64,000 nt of DNA, taken from positions 5,822 to 69,821 of the forward strand of contig CAZLQL010000003.1 of assembly GCA_964561875.1 (NCBI GenBank), in the 5' to 3' direction. Shown here piece by piece: positions 1 to 9,271 of the stretch. Source of the DNA: an uncultured Candidatus Saccharibacteria bacterium (GTDB lineage Bacteria; Patescibacteriota; Minisyncoccia; Phycocordibacterales; PALSA-1337). The notes beneath the pieces were generated by a model. The model had not been told where the DNA came from, made no database searches, and saw only the letters and a list, made by a program, of their open reading frames with translations. The position numbers and the translations under genes were made by a program. How positions within the stretch are numbered: the first letter of the stretch is position 1; every line of letters begins with the position of its first letter.

Positions 1-7
1 TAGGTAG

Positions 8-1354
8 GTGAACTACAAAGAATACTTCAAAGATAAGAATATAGCCATAATAGGCTTAGGTTTGTATGGGGAAATGGTTCCTGATATAAAGTTCCTTAAA
101 AATCTAAAATCAAATATAACGATTTTTGATACAAGGAGTAAATCTAAAATCGAATCCTTCATAAAGAAATTGGGTCCAAAATATAGTGATTCAGTAAAGA
201 TAGGTAAGATAAACCCTGATGATTTGATAGATAAAGATCTGATTATATTATCCTCAGATATTCACCCAAAATCTCTTTTCTTAAAAAAGGCAAAAGAAGC
301 AAATATTCCTATAGAATATCAAGAGATTGTGTTTTTGAAATTTTCTCCAAATATAACCCTTATTGGTATTGCTGGATCTTATGGAAAAACCATGATTTCA
401 AAATTGATTTATTCTATATTTAAAAATGATCCAAAGAGCATATCTCCACAAAATTTCTATGCTATAGATCATGAGTCAAACAGTGGGTATATTTCAAATC
501 TAAAAAAGATTAAAGCAGGAGATATTGTTATATCTGAAATACCTGAATACATGATAAATGAGTATAAAAATGCAAACATAAATCCACATATTGCAGTTAT
601 AACATCTCTAACATCATTGGGTAACGGTGGTGACAATGAAGTCTTTAGTTTACTTGAAAGACAAACATACAATAACTTTATTATTGCCCCAGATAGTGTG
701 ATTGATGTTCTTAGACATAGATTTGGTTTTACTGCTAGAGCAAAAATATTTAGAACTAGAAAAGGTCTCATACCTGCCAATTGGAAAGTTAATATACAGT
801 ATTCACAATACAAAGAGAGTGCTTCGCTAGCCTTACAAGTAAGTGAAATATTTAAGATTGATAGAGATATAGCTCAAGGTGTTATAGAGGGTTTTAAGGG
901 TATAAAAGGTCATATGGAGCTAGTTAGATCCATAAGAGGGGTGGATTATTATAATGATGCCGGTTCGACTAGTCCTGAGGCTACTAGGTCTGCAATTATA
1001 AACTTATCAAAAGACAATACTAATCCAGAAGATAAAAATATTATATTGATAATCGGTGGGGCTTACACTGGTTATGAGTATCAGTCACTTATAGAGAGTA
1101 TAGGTCAAAATGTAAGATTTGTAATATGCTTACCAGGTAGCGGAACTGTTGGTTTTAGGAATCAATTACTCTCGTTAAAAAATGTTGATTTTAAACAGGT
1201 GTTAGATTTAAGGGAAGCACTTACTTGTGCAAAAGAAAATTCTAAAAAGGGTGATAAAGTAATATTTAGTCCCGCTTGTATTGCACTTGGTGTATTTGAA
1301 AATAGATTAGATAGAATTGATAAATTTGCAAAACTTGTTAAGGGTTTGAAATAA
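8..1354 (+). CDS. MurD-like Mur ligase, divergent
   Basis: Rossmann N-terminus IIGLGLYG, P-loop GSYGKT, YYND-xx-ST, LIIGG and VIFSPAC motifs match MurD architecture; ELSSFQL and DHLDR motifs are not recognisable. Confidence 0.75.
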   Translation: MNYKEYFKDKNIAIIGLGLYGEMVPDIKFLKNLKSNITIFDTRSKSKIESFIKKLGPKYSDSVKIGKINPDDLIDKDLIILSSDIHPKSLFLKKAKEANIPIEYQEIVFLKFSPNITLIGIAGSYGKTMISKLIYSIFKNDPKSISPQNFYAIDHESNSGYISNLKKIKAGDIVISEIPEYMINEYKNANINPHIAVITSLTSLGNGGDNEVFSLLERQTYNNFIIAPDSVIDVLRHRFGFTARAKIFRTRKGLIPANWKVNIQYSQYKESASLALQVSEIFKIDRDIAQGVIEGFKGIKGHMELVRSIRGVDYYNDAGSTSPEATRSAIINLSKDNTNPEDKNIILIIGGAYTGYEYQSLIESIGQNVRFVICLPGSGTVGFRNQLLSLKNVDFKQVLDLREALTCAKENSKKGDKVIFSPACIALGVFENRLDRIDKFAKLVKGLK

Positions 1355-2242
1355 CTATATACCACAGATAATACACACATTTGTACCAGATAGTTTTCTT
1401 GTATAAGAATCTTTTATAAGTCCGACAATAGATAAAACACCATTCGGAGATATATCCATACCAGTATTGTTCTTAACAATATCCATGGCGTTTAAAATTT
1501 CTTCATTTGTCGCTATAAAACATTTACTACCAGAATCTTTTATAAGTTTTAATAGTGCCTCTTTTCTAAAAGCGGTTTTATCGACTATTGCATCGGCAAC
1601 AGATATCTCATTTTTTGGAATGTCTTCTGTTATGTTGTCGACCATATAGTGACATGATGATGTTTGTATAATATTTACTTCTATATCTTTTTTATTTTTA
1701 ATAAAATATTCAAGTAGTGCTTGTGCTGTTGTTCCAGATGATGAACCTATATAAACTCTTTTTACACCAGGAATATCTATTATCTCTTTTGCTAAACTCT
1801 CATAACCCAATAGGGCATTGTCATCGGTAGATTGTCTTAAACCTTTTATACTCTCATCTTTTGTTCTTTCAAACAAAGACTGTAAAGGTTTTTCAACTTG
1901 ATTTAATCTTATATTTTCATCTATCAAATCATTTATCTTTTTTAATTTTATTTTATTTACTTTATTACCAACTAAAATTTCTAGCTTTATTTTATCTTCT
2001 CTTTTTTCATTTATCCCTTTTATATATAGCCCCGCAGCCAAACCAGCGTTTCCAGATGATGATATAACAAACTCCTTTATACCTTGTTCCAAGTATATAT
2101 CTATCATTTTAGGTATAGATCTACCTTTGTGTGAACCGTAGACATGCTTATCCTCTCTTTTTAGCACTACATTTTTAACCTCTAAAATTTCATTTAGAGC
2201 CGGGTATTCTTCGTTTGGAGTTGTAACTTTATCTATATGCAT
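1355..2242 (-). CDS. PLP-dependent fold-type II enzyme (threonine synthase/cysteine synthase/dehydratase family)
   Basis: LKRED..GSHKGRS Schiff-base Lys motif, SSSGNAG, GSSSGTT phosphate loop. Confidence 0.85.
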   Translation of the reverse strand: MHIDKVTTPNEEYPALNEILEVKNVVLKREDKHVYGSHKGRSIPKMIDIYLEQGIKEFVISSSGNAGLAAGLYIKGINEKREDKIKLEILVGNKVNKIKLKKINDLIDENIRLNQVEKPLQSLFERTKDESIKGLRQSTDDNALLGYESLAKEIIDIPGVKRVYIGSSSGTTAQALLEYFIKNKKDIEVNIIQTSSCHYMVDNITEDIPKNEISVADAIVDKTAFRKEALLKLIKDSGSKCFIATNEEILNAMDIVKNNTGMDISPNGVLSIVGLIKDSYTRKLSGTNVCIICGI

Positions 2243-2291
2243 ATTGATATACTACACTCTTTTGTGTACTATTAGAAGTATACAGAAATAT

Positions 2292-2456
2292 ATGAAATCA
2301 ATTTGTCCAGAATGTAAAAACAACATAGATTTATCAAGATACACAAATATCAAAGAGGGTATGGTTATTGAATGTAATCACTGCGGTATTACTCTACTTA
2401 TAAAAAATATAAAAGACAACGTTATCGGTACAGATATAGTTGATGAAGGTAAATAA
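2292..2456 (+). CDS. LysW-like Zn-ribbon amino-group carrier protein, 54 aa, ending DIVDEGK
   Basis: CPEC...EG.VIECNHCG.TL pattern and size match LysW; ATG 2292 preferred over the track's TTG 2244. Confidence 0.75.
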   Translation: MKSICPECKNNIDLSRYTNIKEGMVIECNHCGITLLIKNIKDNVIGTDIVDEGK

Positions 2457-2460
2457 CTAT

Positions 2461-3840
2461 TTATTTACTTAGTTTTTGAACTGTTTCTTCTATCATTCCT
2501 CTGAATCCATGTGACCCAAGAAAGGCAATTACATCGCCTTTTTTTGTGTTGTCTATAAGGAAGTTTACTAATTCATCGTCATTATCAATATATTTTGTAT
2601 TCTTATGAGTCTTTGAAATGGTCTCAGACAATTCGTTTCCTTCCATTGGTTTTTCGGCACCATCTTCACTTATTTTAAGTTTTGAAAGTCTGGGTATTAT
2701 CACAATATCTGCACTATCAAATGCATTGTCATAAAGTGCGCTTGTATTTCTTTCTCTACCACCAATGTTTGGCTCAAATATGGTTATTATTTTGCCTTCA
2801 TATATAGATCTTAAACTGTTCAAAACAGATATTGCTTTTTCTCCAGAATGGGCAATATCATCGAAAACCTTTATATCTCCATCAAGTCTTTTTTCAAGTC
2901 TTCTCTTCATTCCTTTAAATTTTGCAATAGATTTTATTATTTTCTCAGGATTTATACCTATACTATTTGCCATAGCAAAAGCACCTGCTATATTTTCTGC
3001 TTGGAAACTACCAAGAAGATTTGATTGGATTTTGTATGTTTCGCCATTATTTTCAATATCAAAGACTAGACCTTCTTTTGTTTGTTTTATGTTTTTGTAT
3101 ATATAATCAGCATTTTCTTTACCATAAAATATTGCATTTTTAATTACTTTCTTTATACCCTCATTGTCTTTATTGGCTACAATTATTCCATCTTTGGGTA
3201 TGCTGTCTATTAACTTTCTAAATACTTCAAAATAGCTTTCTTCGGTAGGGTATAGATCTGCATGATCCCAAGATATTGCAGTTAGTAATAAGTGATTTGG
3301 TTTATAATAGTAAAATTTTGGTTTATTATCCCAAATAGCAGTTTTGTATTCATCACCTTCAACCACACTTATATTTGAATCAGATATCATTCCTGATTTA
3401 TGAGATAAAGAAACTCCCCCTGTAAAATAACTTGGTTTCAAATCGTTATCTATTAAAATAAAAGATAGAAGAGAAGAAATTGTAGTTTTACCCCATGTTC
3501 CCGTTACTACAATCGATTTATCCTTAACCACATATCTACCTATTGCTTCTGCAAAAGATAGTACTTCTATACCTTTTTCTTTTGCATATATTATTTCTGG
3601 ATTATTTAGACTAGTACCGCTTCCACCTGCGATTATTACTTCTGGTTCGCCTATATTTTCTGGGTGCCATCCAGCATAAAATTCTACTCCATTTTTTTCT
3701 AGATCAGTAGATACAGGAGGGAAGAAACCCTTATCTGAGCCTGTGATTTTATATCCATGGTCTTTTAGAGCTATAGCCAAAGCGCTAGTAGCTACACCAC
3801 AAATACCAACAAAATGAATATGAGTTTTTTTATGATTCAT
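2461..3840 (-). CDS. mpl: Mpl/MurC-family murein peptide ligase
   Basis: HIHFVGICGVATSALA, GSDKGFFPPVST (Mpl-type), GTWGKTT, VEGDEY, WDHAD, GMKRR, DDIAH; alternative start 3855. Confidence 0.8.
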   Translation of the reverse strand: MNHKKTHIHFVGICGVATSALAIALKDHGYKITGSDKGFFPPVSTDLEKNGVEFYAGWHPENIGEPEVIIAGGSGTSLNNPEIIYAKEKGIEVLSFAEAIGRYVVKDKSIVVTGTWGKTTISSLLSFILIDNDLKPSYFTGGVSLSHKSGMISDSNISVVEGDEYKTAIWDNKPKFYYYKPNHLLLTAISWDHADLYPTEESYFEVFRKLIDSIPKDGIIVANKDNEGIKKVIKNAIFYGKENADYIYKNIKQTKEGLVFDIENNGETYKIQSNLLGSFQAENIAGAFAMANSIGINPEKIIKSIAKFKGMKRRLEKRLDGDIKVFDDIAHSGEKAISVLNSLRSIYEGKIITIFEPNIGGRERNTSALYDNAFDSADIVIIPRLSKLKISEDGAEKPMEGNELSETISKTHKNTKYIDNDDELVNFLIDNTKKGDVIAFLGSHGFRGMIEETVQKLSK

Positions 3841-3847
3841 TCTGATA

Positions 3848-4489
3848 TTATACATTAACTAATAATTCTTTTACTTCATCGATATCGGTCTTCCATTCTT
3901 TTCCATCAAACCACTCAATACCTTCAAATTGCAATTTGTATACATCACCAGGTCTTTGTAGGGAGCCAAGATAAACATATTTATAATTGTTTTCTTTCGC
4001 AAAGTTTATAGTTTTTGTCATCATTATAAGACCCATATCTTTTATAGATTTTTCTATATCATAAAATGGATAACAATAATGAATCATTTCATTATTTTTA
4101 AATGATATAGCATATCCAGTATTGGAAATATTATCTGAAAAGTTAAATAGTGTATTAAAATTATCTTTTGTTGTGATCAATTCCTTTATCTTATTTGCAG
4201 AAAAAGCACCGTTTGCTTTTTTATCATAAAAATCTTTTGCCATTTTTCCTATATTCCAATCATAACCTAAGTATGGAATCTCAATAATTTTTAATGATAT
4301 ATTTTCTCCTTTTCTTAATATCCTTCGATTTTCACTTGTTAGATTAAATTTAGATATATTTATTCTTACAGATCTAGTCTGGTGCATCACACCTTTATCG
4401 ATACGAGTAAATACGTATCCTTCATTATAAAGTTTATTTATATCATGTTTATCACCAATCTTTTTTTCGTCCCAGTGTAAATATTCCAT
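3848..4489 (-). CDS. Arginyl-tRNA-protein transferase (ATE1/Bpt)-like GNAT protein
   Basis: RSVRINISKFNLTSENRRI, YCYPFYD...MGLIMM, YVYLG...YKLQF..IEW match the ATE C-terminal domain; start 4489 directly follows the mraY stop. Confidence 0.7.
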   Translation of the reverse strand: MEYLHWDEKKIGDKHDINKLYNEGYVFTRIDKGVMHQTRSVRINISKFNLTSENRRILRKGENISLKIIEIPYLGYDWNIGKMAKDFYDKKANGAFSANKIKELITTKDNFNTLFNFSDNISNTGYAISFKNNEMIHYCYPFYDIEKSIKDMGLIMMTKTINFAKENNYKYVYLGSLQRPGDVYKLQFEGIEWFDGKEWKTDIDEVKELLVNV

Positions 4490-4490
4490 A

Positions 4491-5618
4491 TTAGTGAAGT
4501 GCAAGCCAGAAACCAAAAACTACAAATATAAAGTGCAATATCCAAAATCTCATAATAGTTTTTTCTTCGCTCCATCCTATCATTTCAAAATGGTGGTGTA
4601 GTGGAGCCATACGGAATATTCTTCTGCCCAGTATGTATTTTCCAGCAATTTGAATAAGAACTGATATGGCTTCTATGTAGAACATAAAACCTAAGAAAAA
4701 TAGGGTACTTATTTCACCAATTGCAAGAGTGTTTACAGCAAGCAAAGCCCCCAATCCCAAAGATCCTACATCTCCCATCATAAATCTGGCTGGTTTAATA
4801 TTGAAATATGTATATGAGACCAAAGCTCCAACTGCAGTGGCATTCAATACTGCAATTTCTCCAAAACCATTTATCCAAGACAATAGTGTTAGTACTGAAA
4901 AAGTAGGTATCATCATACCTCCTGCCAATCCATCCATTCCATCAGCTATATTCACCGCATTTGCTGTAAACATAACTATGAATATTATTATCGGTATAAT
5001 GAACCAACCTGCAAAAACTTCATAACCAAAAGGGAAGTATATATAGTGCCAAGCTGGACCTAGTTTGTCATATACCCACCAAGCAGTTATAGATCCAGCT
5101 ATAAACTGAAGTACTAGCTTTTCATGAACAGCAATACCTTTTACTGTTCTTGATCCTATCCACACAGAAGTTCTTTTAAATATTGACCAAGGTAAAGTTA
5201 TTGCATACCATATTCTCATCTTCATTTCTTTGTGTATCTTGATCAGGTGTATTATATGAGACAATTTTCTTGACCTTCTTTCTGTACCAAATATATTCAT
5301 AAGATCATCTATACCTCCAAGTATTGCTGAAAGTATCATTACTCCTATAGGTACCCAAGTAAAACTTCTAGACCAGTTAAAAAGAATTGTTACTATAGCT
5401 ACAACAACTATAACAAGTAGTCCTCCCATTATTGGAGTGTTATCTTTTCCTTTTCTAGATTCGATTTTACTTAGTTCAATCTTAGGATTTTTTATTATAT
5501 GAAATCTCTTTAGTAAGTGTATGAGTAATGGCGCACATAAAAAAGCTATAGCACAGCTAAATATTGAAAAACCAAGAATATAGCCAAGATCGGCCGTTCC
5601 TTCTAGTATGCTTATCAT
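4491..5618 (-). CDS. mraY: Phospho-N-acetylmuramoyl-pentapeptide transferase
   Basis: TPIMGG, GGIDD, NAVNIADGMDGL, MGDVGS, MAPLHHHFE; multiple TM helices. Confidence 0.92.
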   Translation of the reverse strand: MISILEGTADLGYILGFSIFSCAIAFLCAPLLIHLLKRFHIIKNPKIELSKIESRKGKDNTPIMGGLLVIVVVAIVTILFNWSRSFTWVPIGVMILSAILGGIDDLMNIFGTERRSRKLSHIIHLIKIHKEMKMRIWYAITLPWSIFKRTSVWIGSRTVKGIAVHEKLVLQFIAGSITAWWVYDKLGPAWHYIYFPFGYEVFAGWFIIPIIIFIVMFTANAVNIADGMDGLAGGMMIPTFSVLTLLSWINGFGEIAVLNATAVGALVSYTYFNIKPARFMMGDVGSLGLGALLAVNTLAIGEISTLFFLGFMFYIEAISVLIQIAGKYILGRRIFRMAPLHHHFEMIGWSEEKTIMRFWILHFIFVVFGFWLALH

Positions 5619-5670
5619 AAGCCAATATTAGCTTAAAATAGGCCTTTTTTCAATGTTAATTAATTTTGTT

Positions 5671-6450
5671 TTAGTCTAAGAAATTTAGTCTACGTAGTTC
5701 AGTTACAGAGTTTTTTGCACTACTAAATGTATAGTTATCATCACTTAATTTTTCACTCTCAATCCATCTTTGATCAATGATATTTTTTTCACTGTCGATT
5801 ATCTCTATTATTCCATCTTTGACTCCATGATTGTATTCACCGTGACTTGGCCAAGCTATAGAATGAGTATAGTGAATTTTTATAGGTTTAAAATTCTGAT
5901 ATTCAACCTGATATATTATGAGTATATGATTTCTTTCTCCTAAGCCACTATTTTTTTGCATAGTTATCATATCACCAACTTTTATATCGTTTATTTTTAT
6001 TGTTTTAGAATTTTTATTATTTACAAATGTTTCGACATTTGTATTTTCTACAGGTCTTATCATTGCTCTTAGTTTACCCAATATACCTTTTGAATCAGTA
6101 AATTTTAAATTTTTATCTAAACCTCCTTTATTTAGACTTTGGCTAAGACTATTAAATACATAGTATGCATATCCTGAACAATCAATACCTATGTCATTGT
6201 TTACTAAAAACTTTTTTAAACTATCATTTGTAAATTCATTTGTATCTATTTTTTGAGATATACAAAGTTGTTCTACTTCATCAAATATTTCTTTTGGACT
6301 ACCTTTACCTATTTCAACGCGTAATCTTGCTCTGCCACCTTTATGTTTATTGTTGTAATAGGGAATAGAGCAAATAGCTTTACCAAATTTGAAATTTGTA
6401 TATTGATTTATTACTTCTATTGATTTTTCATTTATAAACTTTGTATTCAT
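5671..6450 (-). CDS. NlpC/P60-like cysteine peptidase/amidase
   Basis: GIDCSG catalytic Cys motif, VGDMI, NHILI His, YTHS; no signal peptide. Confidence 0.7.
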   Translation of the reverse strand: MNTKFINEKSIEVINQYTNFKFGKAICSIPYYNNKHKGGRARLRVEIGKGSPKEIFDEVEQLCISQKIDTNEFTNDSLKKFLVNNDIGIDCSGYAYYVFNSLSQSLNKGGLDKNLKFTDSKGILGKLRAMIRPVENTNVETFVNNKNSKTIKINDIKVGDMITMQKNSGLGERNHILIIYQVEYQNFKPIKIHYTHSIAWPSHGEYNHGVKDGIIEIIDSEKNIIDQRWIESEKLSDDNYTFSSAKNSVTELRRLNFLD

Positions 6451-6453
6451 TTT

Positions 6454-7581
6454 TTAAATCAATGATTCCAATATAGCTTTTCCTCTTTTATTAAATTTAT
6501 TATGTGATTCCATTATTCCCATATTTGACTGGATTCTTATTAAATCACTATTTAATTTCGTATTGTTGTATTTGATTATATTATATCCGAGGTCCTTTAG
6601 AGTATTTGTATCTACAGTAATATCATTCTTTGTAACTCTTTTTACTATTTGAGCCCCGTCATTTATTTCTATGGTGTCTTCATCTATTTCTTCATCTAAA
6701 AGTGACTTTATATGTGCTTCAAATACTGTAATACCTTTAAGACCCTCATTTCTATTTTGGATTTGAAGCTTTGACTCAAATGTTGTAGACGCAGGTTGTC
6801 TAGCATTTATTTCTATTAAGTATATTTTATCTAGTTCTTCATCGTAAATAACATCTATTCCAAACAATCCTTTCCATCCAGAGTTACGCATTTTATCTGC
6901 TACTTTTTTTGATATATTTTGTATTTCTTCTATTTTATTTTCTGTAAGGATTGATGGTGGTACACTCCAATCATTTCCTATTGTACTCATCTGATTGTCG
7001 GTAAAGGGTAGTACACCTGTTATTTGATAGCTTATGTTTCCAAATAAGTTTTTATTTTTCCCCACAATAATGTTTTGTGTAAACATGGGTCCTTTAATGT
7101 ATTTTGTAACTCTAGCTTCTCTATTTGGGAATTTGGCTTTTATTTCGGTAAGATCTTTTTCTTGATTGATTAAAAATGTTCCTTCTCCAGTATGGCTATG
7201 TGCCCACTGAAGTACAAACACTTCTTTTTCCCAGACTATATCTTTTGCCAACTGGATCTTGTGGGGCGGTAAGAATTCTTTTCCTATATCTGATAACCAT
7301 TCTGTTTGAGTAATTTTATTTTCAATCTTCTCTGCAAGTTCTGCACTTGGGTTTAGTAAATTAATATCATTTTCTTTTGCAATATTTTCAATCTGAATAT
7401 TATTTTTAAATACCAAGACTGAAAGTTTTTCTTTTTTAATATTGTCTAGTGTAGATTTTTCTGATATCAAGGAAAGTGTATCTTTTTCACCATGTTCAGA
7501 AAGTATTGAATAAAATTCATTTTCAGGCATAGAATCCGCCCTCTCTCTATCTCTTGTTATGTATAGTATTTTCTTTTTCAT
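6454..7581 (-). CDS. ATP-grasp ligase
   Basis: ENKI, HTGEGT, TKYIKG, GWKGLFGIDVI, LIEINAR. Confidence 0.85.
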   Translation of the reverse strand: MKKKILYITRDRERADSMPENEFYSILSEHGEKDTLSLISEKSTLDNIKKEKLSVLVFKNNIQIENIAKENDINLLNPSAELAEKIENKITQTEWLSDIGKEFLPPHKIQLAKDIVWEKEVFVLQWAHSHTGEGTFLINQEKDLTEIKAKFPNREARVTKYIKGPMFTQNIIVGKNKNLFGNISYQITGVLPFTDNQMSTIGNDWSVPPSILTENKIEEIQNISKKVADKMRNSGWKGLFGIDVIYDEELDKIYLIEINARQPASTTFESKLQIQNRNEGLKGITVFEAHIKSLLDEEIDEDTIEINDGAQIVKRVTKNDITVDTNTLKDLGYNIIKYNNTKLNSDLIRIQSNMGIMESHNKFNKRGKAILESLI

Positions 7582-7655
7582 TTTATTTAAAACACTATAC
7601 CATATTATGAAATACCGTGTATAATAGACTCACATTAGTTTTTTATTTAAATTTT

Positions 7656-7853
7656 ATGTCAAAAAGACAATTACTTTCTCTTATAGGTGTTTGGAATATA
7701 TTCTTTCTTTTTTTAGGTATACCTACTGCTTGGGATAAAATACTTTCAATTTTAGTCGGTATTATCATTATTGTGATTGCTTACAGGTTGCCCTATGAAG
7801 AGAAGAATAAAATAGCCACTGACAAAGAAGAGACATTCATAGAAAATAAATAA
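7656..7853 (+). CDS. Small two-TM membrane protein
   Basis: Two hydrophobic helices around an FLGIP..W turn; likely start 7656. Confidence 0.65.
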   Translation: MSKRQLLSLIGVWNIFFLFLGIPTAWDKILSILVGIIIIVIAYRLPYEEKNKIATDKEETFIENK

Positions 7854-7858
7854 TATAA

Positions 7859-9034
7859 ATGATTCCGAAAGTTCTTTACAAAAACAGTTTAATTGCAAGT
7901 AGTACAGTAGCTGTTATTGTAATAATTTTATTTTTTATAAATAAAATACCTTTTACATATCAGGCATACACTAGCGCTGTAGATGATGGAGTGTCTTCCA
8001 CTACAATATTACTCAATAGACGTATTCCAAGACATGTAAAGACACCAGAACCACTAAAAGCTATTTATATGACTAGTTGGGTTGCTGGTAGTGAAAGGTT
8101 GAGAAGTAAACTTATTGATTTTATTGATACTTCTGAATTGAATGCAGTAGTTATAGATATAAAGGACTATACCGGTCGTATTTCTTTTGAAGTAAATGAT
8201 GAGAAGTTAAAAGAGGTTGGATCAGTTGAAAAAAGAATTACTGATATAGATGAATTAATCGAGAGATTGCATGATAAAGGTATATATGTAATTGGTAGAA
8301 TATCTTGTTTTCAAGATTCTTATTTTGTAAAAAGATATCCTCAATATGCAGTAAAGACAAAAAGCGGGGAAGTTTGGAAAGATTATAAAGGTATAAGTTG
8401 GCTTGATGCTGGAGCTGTACCCGTATGGGATTATTTGGTAAATATTGGAAATGAAGCATATAAAATAGGCTTCGATGAATTAAATTTTGATTATATTAGA
8501 TTTCCTTCAGATGGAAATATGAATGATATTTCATATTCATATGCAAATGGAAGATCAAAACCAGATGTATTAAAAGATTTTTTTGCACATTTAGATAAAG
8601 AATTTAGAAATAAAGATATACCAATATCAGCAGATTTGTTTGGTATGACAACTTCAAATAATGATGACTTGGGTATAGGGCAGATACTTGGAAATGCCCT
8701 TATACATTTTGATTATGTTGCGCCTATGATTTATCCATCTCACTACCCACCAAATTTTAACGGTTGGCCAAATCCTGCAAAAGAACCTTATGCAGTTATA
8801 AAGTTTGCTCTTGAAAAAGGTAAAGAAAAAGCAGATCTTGCTAGTACTAGTCCAAATAAGCTGAGACCTTGGTTACAAGATTTCGGTATAAATGGGGTGA
8901 CTTATACTCCTGATATGGTACGTACACAGATACAAGCTACTTATGATGTTGGGCTTACTAGTTGGATGATGTGGAATGCTTCAAATGTATATTCTACTTC
9001 TGCTTATAAAACTGAATTAAATAATAAAAAATAA
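7859..9034 (+). CDS. Putative glycoside hydrolase (DUF4015-like TIM barrel) with N-terminal membrane anchor
   Basis: KAIYMT, NAVVIDIKD, IGRISCFQD, GFDELNFDYIRFP, PMIYPSHY, RPWLQDF. Confidence 0.85.
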   Translation: MIPKVLYKNSLIASSTVAVIVIILFFINKIPFTYQAYTSAVDDGVSSTTILLNRRIPRHVKTPEPLKAIYMTSWVAGSERLRSKLIDFIDTSELNAVVIDIKDYTGRISFEVNDEKLKEVGSVEKRITDIDELIERLHDKGIYVIGRISCFQDSYFVKRYPQYAVKTKSGEVWKDYKGISWLDAGAVPVWDYLVNIGNEAYKIGFDELNFDYIRFPSDGNMNDISYSYANGRSKPDVLKDFFAHLDKEFRNKDIPISADLFGMTTSNNDDLGIGQILGNALIHFDYVAPMIYPSHYPPNFNGWPNPAKEPYAVIKFALEKGKEKADLASTSPNKLRPWLQDFGINGVTYTPDMVRTQIQATYDVGLTSWMMWNASNVYSTSAYKTELNNKK

Positions 9035-9111
9035 ATATTTAAATTATCTTTTTATTATATTAAAGAGAAACTATAAAAATCTCCTAGCTTTAAATTTAAA
9101 TAAATAATTTT

Positions 9112-9141
9112 TTGACATATTTTTATAAAGCGTGCTATATT
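9112..9141 (+). promoter_or_regulatory. sigma70 promoter for the ncRNA candidate
   Basis: TTGACA-18 nt-TATATT with extended TG. Confidence 0.7.
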
Positions 9142-9147
9142 TATGTT

Positions 9148-9268
9148 GCCCAGGTCCTGAAAGATGTTGAGAGACAGCATGCGTGCTGCCTCTCTACTGG
9201 CATCACACCTCGCGAGAGGCACGCGTGATGCTAGCACCTCCAAGCATCAAATAGGGGCCTGGGCACCA
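9148..9268 (+). ncRNA. Structured ncRNA candidate (6S-like or tRNA-acceptor-like)
   Basis: 5' GCCCAGGTCCT pairs with 3' GGGGCCTGGGC followed by ACCA; two internal hairpins; own promoter and terminator. Confidence 0.7.
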
Positions 9269-9271
9269 CAC

